A DNA stretch of 64,000 nt from Podarcis erhardii. Taxonomy: Eukaryota. A program made the position numbers and the translations under genes. The stretch lies in NCBI GenBank assembly GCA_964252035.1, contig OZ176200.1; one strand, written 5' to 3'. Positions 37,231-49,539 of this stretch are shown here, piece by piece. The notes below the pieces were generated by a model, which was given only the letters and a program-made list of their open reading frames with translations, was not told where the DNA came from and ran no database searches. Position 1 is the first letter of the stretch. Every line of letters starts with the position of its first letter.

Positions 37231-37892
37231 AGTATATAGATGGTATATTACACCAGTAAAAATGGCCAAAATGTATAGAACAGAATTGAAGACCTGTTGG
37301 AGATGTAAAGAAAAGGAAGGTACCTTTTACCATATGTGGTGGGAATGTAGACATATTAAAAAGTTATGGGAAATGATATACAATGAATTGAAAAAAAAAT
37401 GTTTAAAATAACATTTGTAAAAAAGCCAGAAGCCTTTTTGATAGGTATTTTAGATCAAGAATTACCAAAATTAGAAGCCTGGAGAAATGCCAACAAAAGA
37501 ACAATGGCAAGAAAAATTGGTGAACTACGCAGAGTTAGCGAAGTTAACAGACAAATTACATGAAAAAGATAACAGTGACTTCAAAAAGGAATGGGAGCTA
37601 TTTACAGTCTACTTGCAGAAACAACAAAAATAAATGGACTCATTGGCAGGATTTGAATAAACTTTCACAATTTTATTGAGTTTAAACATAGAGGACAATA
37701 TTGCAACAACACCTAATAGTATATATACATGCAGAATATAACAATGTAACAAACCAGAAGGGGAAGTTGAGGGAAGTCGGGTGGGGAGGGAGAAGACTGT
37801 AAATGTAACGCTAAGGTAGGATTGGATATTGATATGTGATATATGGAATTTGCAATTATAAAACCGCAATAAAATTTTATTTTTTTAAAAAA
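37231..37892 (+). mobile_element. Degenerate 5'-truncated L1 (ORF2 C-terminus and 3' UTR)
   Basis: YRWYITPVKMAKMY...TCWRCKEKEGTFYHMWWEC, homologous to the 24256 copy but from a different lineage and disrupted. AATAAA and A tail present. Confidence 0.88.
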
Positions 37893-39046
37893 ACAACCCA
37901 AAACCTATCTGATAAGCATTGTGTGTATGTACCACTATTCTATCCAACCATTATGCCTCTATGTCATTTAGCTGTTTGGGGCATGAATCAGGCAGTTTTC
38001 GCAAGCTGGAAAAAAGTGTTTTATGCTCCCCCTTTGTCACATTCCTAAGTTCGTGTGGGATGCTGATGGCAAGTGAAAACCTGGGAATGCAAAAGCCTGA
38101 TTTGTGTGATTTTTCTTTCTTCTGAGATGGGAATCATTGTTTGAATTGTGTAGCTTCATGTGAAGGTGACTACATGGAGTAGGAAGAGAAAGGAGGAAAA
38201 CTTGAGGTGGACCCCGAAGTATGCTTTATTGAACCCAAAGCTGTTCAAATATAAATTGTTCTTCAGGAGCACAACCAAATCCCTTGGTCTTGAAATTCTT
38301 TTGCAAAATACATGGTGTGCCCATGTCTCATACTAGCTATATGCATGACTGAGGGAAGAAATGTATATTCTGTGCTGGAAGATAAGAGGTCTTGATGCTG
38401 GCCAGTCATTTTGACTTGACACTTTTAAACCCCCTTAGAGAGAGGCTTAGCAGTAGTAGGCTGCAGGGCTCTAAACTTAAGGAACTAGAGTCAGTCATGG
38501 CTTCCCTGTAAAAAAACACCAAAAAAAAAAAAAAACCACACATGGAAAATGCAGCTTGTTAAGGGTACTGAAAGTACTGTTATATCATTTTATAGTATGC
38601 TACCTGCACAGATTGGTTGTGTGCCATCCAGCCTTCACACCAATTAGTGACCTGGGTCTGGATTCTGGACTCAGTCTGGAGGAACATTTGAATTAAATGA
38701 ATGGAATTAGGTGCATTAAAAATGGCATCTGGAGCCAACCATCTAGGCTGGATGGTAGGAAGAAAAGAGAATCTAATTTAGTGTTTCAACACACACATTT
38801 TTTTTTTTTTTTAGATTTTATTGGGGGGTACTATTGCTGCAGTTTTGTGTAAGCACAGTAAAATTCTCTTTTTAAAGAGAAGCTTGCTCTTTTTTTCTAA
38901 AGTACGTATTCATAAAAAATAATGTTATGAAATTCTCCAACTGAAGTGGCATTTGGGGCATAATAGAACCATGGAATAATAAAGGTGTGTAATTGGAAGA
39001 TTCTGCCCATCCTTAATGGCACACGTTGGGACTATATTCCTAGTCT

Positions 39047-40704
39047 TTTTTTTTTTTTTTTTAATAATATTTATTAAGAGTTTCCAATTATAACAATATA
39101 AAAAAAACAAAACATCCAAATTTAAGATCTTATTTTCCGTAACATCTTTCCAGGACTTCCCCTCCCCTCCCCCTCTTATATTCCAATTCTTACAAATAAA
39201 TTCAGCAATTTATTATCCCAAATTTTAACCTTATTATCATTAACCCAATTTAAAAATATTTTCCCATCTCCTAAGATCGACCTATTCCCTTCCGCGCGTT
39301 CCCCCCTTTAATATACATAATAGATTAAAATATAATAAAATAAAATATGATTTTGCAGCCTTTGGATTCCAAATTTCCCTCCCCCTTTTCCTGGTTGCGT
39401 TCCCCATATTGATCAACATCTGATGTCTTCCTGGAGCTCCCACATTTATTTAAACCATAGTCCTTTACCAGTCTTCTTTAATTTTAAATGTCCAATCTTG
39501 GAAGGAGTCTATCTCAAAAAGGCCCATTTTTTCCATCCAGATTTTTATATACTTGGGAGTAAAACTGCAATTTTATTTCTTAAACCTTTCAAATCTGGAT
39601 GTCCCAAATGTTCCCACTTCCAACTTTGTCCAATTCTTATTATTCTTGTTGTTCTTGTTAATCTCTCTCCTCTTTCTTTTCCTGTTTTCCTGCACAAATG
39701 TTCTAATTCCAAAAGCTTCTAAATTCCACTGCAGAGGCTCTGTTATTCAGGAACGAAACATGATGCCAAGTCCCTTCCATTTTTCAATAGATAAGTCTAT
39801 TGTCTACTTTAGTGTGTAAACCTCTGTAGCCAAAATAATGTTCCATTTCTGCAGTTTCCCAGGAGATAAAAAGTTCTGTCAAATTCGATGCCAACAACTT
39901 GTAATATCCCTCGGCTCCTCTAGGTGGATTGTAGTAACTCAGTTCCCTTCCAGATCACGTCCACCAGTCAAAGTAACTTATTATTCCTTGTTTTAAACAT
40001 TTTGTATCCAATTTGTAACAAATATAACCGGCAAAGTCCTCGTAACAAAGTTCTCATTATTGTTCTTCTGCTTTGACAGCTCTTTGACAGCTGTCAAAAC
40101 CTCTCCTTGTCTTCTCCCGGCGCTCTAACTAAAACGCTCCCAGGTTCCGGGGGGGGGGGGTTGCTTTTTGAATAAATTCCACTTTTCTCCTCCAGCTCAA
40201 TCTTATAATTTTCCATCGCGAAATTTCATAACTTTATCAAAATAAGGTTGCGCTCAATCTTAGATGTTAAGTCCTTTACTTTAGCTCCTCTACAACAGGG
40301 GGGGGCCTGACTTCCTTTTTATGCCTCCCCCGCTCGTTCCGAATTCTTTAAAAATTTCTCACCTTTTTTAATCCAAGTTCCGATTACTCACGGGTTATGC
40401 TTTTAAGTCCAAATTTCCAATGGAAGAAGTCAGCGCTCTCCGTCGAATGGCATGCGGCTTCGCTCGGCAGGGGAAGCGGAGGACTCAAAGCACCACCCGT
40501 TCCGTAGCCTTTAAAAAGGCTCCTTCGCGGGTCGGGGGGGGCTCAAAAGGTGCCAGCCGAGTCACCATGTGCATGGGTTTTAGCGCCCATGGTTTTTGAG
40601 GGTCCCCGCGTCGCCGGCGTGGCAGGACCCAGCCCCTACCGAGCAGGCTCCCTCCGGAGCTCGGAGGGAGTCCGCCATTCGGCGATGGCGCCAACCCGGA
40701 AGTC
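39047..40704 (-). mobile_element. Non-autonomous L1-like poly(A) retroelement with intact 5' end
   Basis: Poly(T) at 39047-39062 preceded on the - strand by AATAAA (39070-39075), CpG-rich 5' end, perfect 15-bp TSD ctatattcctagtct (39032-39046, 40705-40719), and no long - strand ORF. Confidence 0.75.
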
Positions 40705-43147
40705 CTATATTCCTAGTCTGGGCTTCATGCAATAACATTTGCAACCTGCAAACTTGTGGTAGAGCAGATCACATGGAATGTCCCCACCCCAGTCCAGCAG
40801 GTGGTTGCTGGAGTCAGACATGTTCATCCTTATTCTCTCCAGGTCAGCACCAATGTCATTTCTCTTCAGTGTTTCTGCCATCACAGCCGCATCGCCACTT
40901 TTGCAGTCTCCTCTACATTTCTGTTAGCATCCTCCAAATCACTTTGAAGTTGAGAAACAGTAGTTTCCATCTTCTTCTTTTGTGTGGCCTCAAGAAGCTA
41001 CCCTCCTGTTTTATCTTTCTGCCACAGCTGCTCATGTTTGGCCTGCTTGAGATTAGCTTTACACTCAACCATAGGGTTGCCAGATTTCAAAAAGTAAAAC
41101 CCAGGACACCCTGGAAGTTATTGAGCTTTTTTTATATACACACACCCGAAATGTTGGTTCCTCACACTTTTGCTTCTGCAGCCCCCTGAGGCAGGAGACT
41201 CAATAGGAAAGAGAGAGATTCTAAAATTCAACACATCCCTTCCATTCACAGAAGGCTCCACTGGAACAAAGAGCCTTCCGTGAGTGGAGGAAAACTATTG
41301 GATAAAACTCCTTATTTATTTAAACCTTTTAAAACCACATCTCATTGCAATTGCCCTCATAAAGCAGTGTGCAAATTAATTGCACAATAAGCATAACTCT
41401 TGGCACTGAAATATTTTTCCCAGTTAACTGCAATGTTTCTGTTACATTCAAAACATTTTAGTTTTAAGAAAATCTGCAAGTACAGCAGCCAACGCTTGAA
41501 ATCTTGGTTCTCTGGAATCTTTCCCTAGAATGAGATTATATAAACTTTGTCCTTTTTATATTGGCCAAGCCTTGGAATTGCCTCCAAGCAATTTTATACA
41601 TGCTAGTTTACTGTCAAAATGCACAGTATCCCTGATGGAGCGTTTTTTGGGTGGGGGGGGGAGCAGACCTTTATCTCACTTTTGTTTAGTTTTTTAAACA
41701 AGTCAGAGAATATCCCCATCTGTTTCTTTGCAGATGAAACTATAGAGTCTTTCATTAGCCCTGAGAATTCATCTCTCAAAAAATCCCAGTGTTGTTGATG
41801 CTGGTTAAATTCATGAAGTCTAATGAGAATTTATTCGTCCCCCTGAATTGCACATACTGTTCTTGTTTGAAATGCCTCAGGCTATTTTTAGCCTTTAAAA
41901 TGCAAGATATCAGAACCATAGATCACCCTCGATTGAACAGGGTTTGATCCCTCTCCACCCCCACCCTGATTTTTTTAGGATTTCATGTCTCTGGTGTATG
42001 CAGCCTGTGGTCTTCTAGTTTTTTGGGTTTTTTTAATATAGTTTTTTTTCTTCTTCTTTTGGAAGCTGTCTCTCTTGAGAACATAACTGGGTTATATTGG
42101 AGACATATAATTTAATATTAGATTAAATTACATCAGATTCAGTGACGCCTGCAACACCGGTTAGATTCCCCAAACAATTCTGGGAAATGATTCCCCAAAT
42201 TTCATGGGAAAAGAAGAGAACTAGAACGTCACATTTGCCTCATGCACATTAGCTCAAAATAGTAAAGAGAGGGAGAAAAAGCAATATTTTGCAGGGTCAT
42301 GTAAAACATCTACTTAAAGTATTACAAGCTCTTTCAAGCACCAATGCCATGGATTACACATTCAAGTTAAAATCTAGTGTACTTGCTTGTGACCAATAAC
42401 CACCTTGATTTTTCATATTTTCCCTCTCCTTACATTTTATCTTTAATAGGTGGCCAGTTTCTTAAAATCTGCTTCTTGCTGTGACTCCACATTGTGTGCA
42501 TTGAGTATGAATCAAAACCACGTTGCAGAGGCGTGCATGTGAATAGTGTTACCTTGTGAGCAGGTCTCATCTTGCAGGCCTTTCCCATTTTCAAAATGCT
42601 GTCAGCGACTCCCATCCCAGGAAAGTCTAAAGATAAGGGCAGATTTCTTACCGTCCTTTTTTTATTCACAGAGAGAGGCTATAGAATCCGGCCTCTTGGA
42701 TAATGGTGTTGTCCCGAGTGAATCTCCAGCCCCCGTCTCTCCCACTTCCTCATTCATCACTTCCTCATTCATCACCTCTATGGGTGCTGCTACGTGCCCT
42801 CTGTCTTTGAGCTCTTTGTTCTCCTACTTTCAAGGCTCTCTGGGTTCTGGGAGAGGGGAGTCTGGAATGCTTTCTAATGACGTCTCTGCCAGGTGTTGCT
42901 CTGGCTCTCCTATGATTTCCCAACTTTCCCCCTCATCTGCCTCTGAGCTGTGACCTCCCTCAGACCCCTGTTGTAAATCTATACTGTTTTCCTCTTCCTC
43001 CTCCCTGGAAGGGTCAGGCTGAGGAGGTGATCTTCACCATTCTTCCTCTGCCCAGTTCCTGACACCCATTGAGACACCCTTTGGCAGGTCATAAAATCCA
43101 ATGGAAAGTCTTATATAAATTAGGTGGCTCACATATCCTCACTGTTC

Positions 43148-43305
43148 CATAGAATACCATAGAATTGTATCGAGTTGGAAGGGACCCTGAGGATCATCTA
43201 ATCTAACCCCCTGCAATGCAGGAAAATGCAGCTGTCCATTACTGGGATCGAACCTACAACCGTGACATTGTCGGCACCATGCTCTCATCAGCTGAGCTAT
43301 GCAGC
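43148..43305 (-). mobile_element. tRNA-derived SINE with CR1-type tail
   Basis: catagaat...catagaattgt...ttggaagggaccctgaggatcatct tail, with a tRNA-like head (gggatcgaacc...gctgagctat). Confidence 0.7.
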
Positions 43306-45349
43306 TTCACCCACATTTGCAAAGATGTCTTGTGGAAGCCATAAATAGATAACTCTGCCTGGCCGGGGCAGGGGCACATAATTAATCAAAAAACGTCTTT
43401 CTCTTTCTTCCCTTCCTCACAATGAACTTCTTTTAGAGAATGGAGCATACAGAATGCTAATTACATTTTATTTAAACAAGCCATAGCTTTGCTTATACAA
43501 ACTTAGTTTTGTTTTACTGCTGCTCCTCTCATACTTTTGTTGTTTGATGAGCAGTGTGATCAAACAAACTATGGTTAGCCAATGGTTCAGAATTCACATG
43601 CAACAAACAGCAAGCCAAAGTTAAAACTAGCATGGTTCATAAGGCAACAACAAACCATGGCTTCAGATTGTGTGTTGCTGGCAGTAAAGAAGTCAAGACC
43701 AGGGTTTACATATCTCACTAAGCCATGGTTTAATAAACAATGGTTTAGCCTTATTCACAAGCGAGACCTCTATGGTTTCCACAGAGATACTGCTGAAAAT
43801 AGCTTATGTGGGTGAATTGTACTCATTCCACTTTTAATATGGAGGCCTACTTGCCACATGAATTCTCTGTCCCTCCCAGGAGCCGCTCACTATGAGGAGC
43901 AGGAGTTAGTTTTTCTGTTTTTCTTGGAACTTGAAGGAGAGTCCTTGTTCCTTTGAAAGAATGGAAGGACAGTCTAAAGTAACCCAAAGGGAGGGCTTTG
44001 TAATTTGAAATATCTCCATCTTCTAAGAAAAGAAAAAAACTTTCTTGAAGCATCTTGGTATATATTTCTTGTTTTTCATCATTGGGCTGGTGCAACGGTC
44101 TTGTTTTTGTGTAGGAAAATTGCATTTGTATTGTTACAGTATTTGAAATCTTTGTAGGAAATTCCCTCCTAGACAAATGGCAGGCATAACTTGTCACCAT
44201 CACGAGTGCTTAATCATCCAAGGCCCTTTTATCAGAGAGAAAATGAATCAATCTGGAAAAGAGCTGGATGTTAGGTATTGACAGCTTAATTAAAATTATA
44301 ATAGAGAAAGATACCAAAATGGTTGTTAGAATTTCCCTTTGCCAGTCTATTACATATGTTTTCCTAACCACACTTTGCATTCAGAAGCATAAGTAGAATC
44401 CAGACTTTAATAATAATCTTAGAGGCTGTTTTTTGTCTGAAAGAACCAAAGTTTCAAAACTTTATGCTGATTTCCCTAAGGTGCTCAAATTGCTGGCTCC
44501 TCTAGAGGTAACTAATAGCAGTCCTAGGCATGTCTACCCAGAAGTAAGTCCAAATAAAATCAATGATATTTGCACCCAGCTAAGTATGAATGTTGTATTT
44601 AACAGTGAACTACTAATGAGGTTTCTGTGATAGTTCTCACAACACTGTAGTCAACAGGTACTTACAAAATGGCACATTACTAGATATCTAGTAAGTATAT
44701 GCTTCAACAGTTGAAAAGAATTGAGATTTTATATCAGGTTGAAAAGGAAAGGGATAGCAACCCACCTCATTTCAAGATTTATGCATTTTAACTGTGTGTA
44801 GAGGCTGTATTGCTATCACTGGTATGACATGGTGAATAAATACTTCTTTGCTGTTTATCAGACTACTGCACAAATCTGAAAAAATAAAAGGTTTCCATTG
44901 GTGTATTGGAAATTGTCCATTGGGCAGGATGATCTGCTACACAAAAATGGCACAAAAATGGATGTAACATTTTACAAGAAATTCCATTGTACACGCAGAC
45001 ACATTCACTTGATATTAAGATGACTGTTTTTAATGCCTTCAGCAATAAATAATTGTGCTTTGGGGATATAAGTGTGAACCTATCATAAACCCATTGGTTA
45101 AGACTGGTACATTTCAGTTTTCTTTTCTAGCTTTTCATTTGATATGTAACAAAGATGAAAAACTGCTAATGGTGGAGATAGTCCAGATATTGCTGGCAAA
45201 AGATACCGAAATGTAGAAATACGAAACTACATCTGTTAGGGTGTTGTGGAAATAGATAAGGCATCACAATTCACACAATCAGTTCTCACCTGGGACTCAG
45301 CTTCATTGGCAAAGAAAAGGTGCTTTATATGTGTTGTTTGTGACACTAG

Positions 45350-45368
45350 TGACACCAGATGGCGCTTT
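45350..45368 (+). promoter_or_regulatory. Candidate CTCF site
   Basis: aCACCAGATGGCGCT is a near-consensus CTCF core in unique-looking DNA. Confidence 0.6.
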
Positions 45369-46075
45369 GGAGTTCCGTTTGTGCCAACCCGATTTATTAT
45401 ACAAAGTTTAAAACACGTTTAACTGAAATGCTTCTTTGATGTGTGTGGATCCAGGCCTGCTTGAAGCACCTGAAGTGTGTTTTGTGATGCACTTGATTGT
45501 ACGGTCTGCCTTTTTTTTTTAAGCTGCAATGTTGGGCTCATAAACTTTCCTTATTATTATTTCTGATGTGAAAACAACATTTACATGGAAGTAAGTTTGG
45601 GCCGTGCCAGATTTTTTGGAGGTTTGTTTTTCAGTTCAAACATTGATGAGGCATCAGTAATGTGGGAAATTTCCCACCTGAATTGATTTCCCACCAAATC
45701 ATTTGTAGTCCTTAGTGTGGAGTAATGGGGGGAAATAAGATACTTTGCTGGTTTCAACTAATTCAGTGTGCTAGTGGAAGCCAGAACAAGCACTCCCAAA
45801 TGCATAGGGGGGTTTCTCTCCCCCCCCCCCCAATCCGCAAATCCACTATGGAAGGGTGGGAGAACCCCAAAACAGCACGGTGAGGCGGGGAGATCGTTAT
45901 GACTGGCAAATAAAAAGGCTTGTGCTGAGAGAATGATTATATCAGTGGTACCCACTGCCTTTTCGAAAACGTGAAAAGGTTTGGAAAAAATGTGAAGACC
46001 ATTCATCCCAGCTTCAAGTAAATGCTGTTGCTTCACTGGAGCCGAGGGCAGGTTCTTAAAATACTCGTGTGGATA

Positions 46076-46445
46076 AAAATAAAGGTAAAGGACCCCTGAC
46101 AGTTAAGTCCAGTCGCGAACGACTCTGGGGTTGCGGCGCTCATCTCGCTTTACTGGCCAAGGGAGCTGACGTTTGTCCGCAGACAGTTTTTCCGTGTCAT
46201 GTGGCCGGCATGACTAAGCCGCTTCTGGCGAAACCAGAGCATCACATGGAAACGCTGTTTACCTTCCCGCCAGAGTGGTACCTATTTATCTACTTGCACT
46301 TTGACGTGCTTTTGAACTGCTAGGTAGGCAGGAGCTGGGACTGAGCAACGGGAGCTCACCCCATCGCAGGGATTCGAACCACTGACCTTCCGATCGGCAA
46401 GCCCTAGGCTCAGTGGTTTAGACCACAGCACCACTCACATCCCAG
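46076..46445 (-). mobile_element. Sauria SINE (variant subfamily)
   Basis: Perfect 14-bp TSD tactcgtgtggata (46062-46075, 46446-46459). Variant tail gacagttaagtccagtcgcgaac. Confidence 0.92.
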
Positions 46446-48520
46446 TACTCGTGTGGATACCCAGGTACAAAGCACACATGTACAGCTGCTGTGTCTTCAT
46501 GTGCATATGTTTTACTCAGAAGGACTGGGATGATAATAATAGAAGTGGGTGGTTCATATTTGAGGTGTCACCTGTCATTTTGTATTTAGACTGTCACACT
46601 GAAGCACAGAGCAACTGGCCCTTTTTAAGGGTACTTGGATTATACTTCAAACGTTTTTAATAACATAACTTAAAAGCTACTTTTATGTGCATTTTCTTAG
46701 GGAAAGTATTGCTGGATTCAGAACCCCCTGACCTAGTAGATCTGGAAGCCAGAGGCTTTGAATATAGTGTTGCTTGAAGCCTCCTGCTTTAAGGATACAC
46801 CTTGTTGTAAAAGAAGTTCCTTTAAATATGAGCGTGGTCTCATCCCTGAAACTTGTTTTTAATATTGAGATTTGGTCTTTGTAAAATAGGGAAGGCAAGA
46901 GAGTCTCTGAGCTAGACCAGATTAAAGGGAATGGTTTTCTAGCCGGAGGGGATGGCTTTAAGGCAGTCCATTAGTTGCCGTAATTAACAGCTGCAGTTTA
47001 TCCCAGAAAATCACCAGTCCTTAGATCACATCTAAAATTGGCATCTTTGTTGCATTTTTTCCTCCTTCTCAGGGCTCCTGTGCTTTATTAACATCTGCAT
47101 AAAGGATAAAAACTCAGTAGGTGGAGGTTTTCCATTCTACATTTCCATTCTGACAAAAAAACAACATTGTCCTGTTTAATATCTGGTTACCATAAAAGGC
47201 ATAGGGAAGTTGCTAAGGGGAGAATATGTGTCTTAAGAATGAGTATTCTTAATCATAGGCACCTTAAATTTTTCTTTATTTATTAAATTTGGATCCAGGA
47301 AATCTGCCATTACATACACTGTACAGAAATGCTGTCTCATTCAGCCAATGGCCACATTTGAACATCTGAGCCATCGTTTAGGGTGTTGTGAATGAATGTG
47401 GCCTCCCCTTGGGCTTGCACCCACACCCACAACCTCCTTGTCTGCTTACACATCCAAGAGAAAAGGAGTTCAGAAGCTTTCACTTTCAGTTCACCATGTC
47501 ATCCCAACTGAGGACTATGGTTAAAATTAACCATAGTTAATTTTAACAAGCCAGCTGCTGAAACCACAGTTTAAGTTGGGCTGTTGTTGTTAATTAAGCA
47601 GGTGGAGGCTTGGCATGTCCGTATCGTGCTAGGCCATTGTTTTAACATGATGCCTGACTACAGCCTGTACTTTTGGACCTACATAAACCTCTTTAATAGC
47701 AGTTGGATGATCTTTAACTACTCCCCTCATTTTCATCATTACAAGACATCTGATTTTGTTGTTGCACAAGAAGGTTTTGCACTTAGCAGACACATAGGCC
47801 ATTGCAGTCATTCATGATATGAACCCTCTGAGAGTTTTAGCAAAGTTTTATATTAAATGTCATCAACTGTATTGCTAGGTGAATGTTTCTTTTCACTGAG
47901 TATTTCTAGATTACAGGTATAATCTCTTTCACTATTTTGATTGATTATATATTTAAGCACAGACATTTCCTTACAGAATTCAGAACCTGCAACGGCTAAG
48001 GCAGTGTCTACTTCATTTCCCACTAGACAAATATTTGATCAGAGTAGAGTCATAGTGACAATTAATTGATGGCCATTCCAAATTCATTATTAGGCAAATG
48101 AAGCTGTTCCTTTTGCACAATGGTGTTTTTTTTGCTCACGCTCCCTATGCACCCTTGTGCCTTCTCCAAACCCACTCTGGAAGGTTGAGGGGAAAGGTCA
48201 GAACAGATTGGGGGGCAGGTAGAGGAGATGGAGGCAATGTAGCATTGCACTGCCAGAAATCCTGCATAAGAGAACTGCTTTGTTGGGTACTTCCCAAAGT
48301 GTTTAGCTTTGCTTTCTAAATTAGATCACTCTCTTTATGGCACTTATAAAAAAATCAAGGCAAACTACCTCATCCAAATTGCCCTATTTTTCTCAAACCA
48401 TTCCCCCCCCCCTTTAAAATCCACATCATTGTGCAGTGTGTCTTCATACTGGAGTTGGTACCCTCAATGGCATGACACTGTATTTTTTTGGTGCCTTATT
48501 TATTTTATTGCCTTTTTAAT

Positions 48521-48521
48521 T

Positions 48522-48572
<51 letters not shown>

Positions 48573-48574
48573 TT
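48521..48574. repeat. (TTTA)n microsatellite, about 13 units
   Basis: Direct reading. Adjacent to a LINE-tail-like remnant also seen at about 7250-7310. Confidence 0.93.
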
Positions 48575-49215
48575 TTAAAATGCTTTGAGGCATTTTCTAC
48601 AATCAAGAGGTATATCAATTTCATGAAATTAAGTGACGAGGAACCAGGATGTAGAAGCTGTTATGTTTCAGTAGTAATAAGCTAAGAGTAGGCTTACGTT
48701 TCTGCGCTCTGCCTCTCATCTAGTTAAGCTGGTTAGTCCAATAAAAGGTAACTCTGTTTCTGTTCAGATTTCAATTTTCTACTACCTGTTAATGCTTCAG
48801 ACTGTTGATTACATTTTAGTATCATTCTGGTAGGCTTCTCAAATATATCCACAACCTTTAGCCTAGTAACCCAAACCATCCGCTGAGTATCATTGCTAAT
48901 GTAATAGTCTCTTTAATTCTAAATGCTCTGTTTCAGAATACTGAAATGTTTTCTCTGTAGGCCATTGAAGCCTATTACGGAAAAGTAAACGAAGTCCTGA
49001 ATGAAATTGTGTGACTGTGATTAAGAGCGTGTTATTTTAAGGCGAGCGCTGCCGATAAAATGAATGTGACATTTTATTATGTGTATAGTGTCATGAAAGC
49101 TTTGTCGCGGAGTGCTTTGTATAGGCTTTTGTTTTAGCGCTAATGCTTTCCCCCTTCTCCACACAGATTAAGTACCTGAAGTACAAGTAGGAAACCATTT
49201 TGTTACAAGCAGCCT

Positions 49216-49539
49216 CAGTGGAGGCTGGTCCATTTAGTGTGAATGGGGCAATGGGGCGCACCAACCAAAAGGGCTTTTAGGGAATCCAGCTTAGCCTGAG
49301 GAAGGCGAGAGGATTGCTGGCATGTATCTCAGTTTGCCCTCAACCCCTTATTTCCAAACAGAGCAGAGGTTGGCACTGCTTGCCAGCTTCCTTCTCCTGG
49401 GCCTCAGCTTTGCCCTTGTAGAACTGAGTGGGGAGGAGGGGAGAGTGGGGACAAAACTAGAACTGGCTGTCTTTGCCTGTCAGGGGCTCTTGATCCACCT
49501 GGATCCCTACCAGTCCCCAATGGGCACCAGCCACCACTG
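49216..49539. mobile_element. Old hAT-like MITE
   Basis: TIR cagtggaggctggt / accagccaccactg (13/14). No clear TSD. Confidence 0.55.

Noticed and set aside
42430-42953. 135-aa + ORF and 79-aa - ORF
   Set aside because: Low-complexity Ser-rich sequence with a small tandem duplication, no splice context and no recognisable homology.
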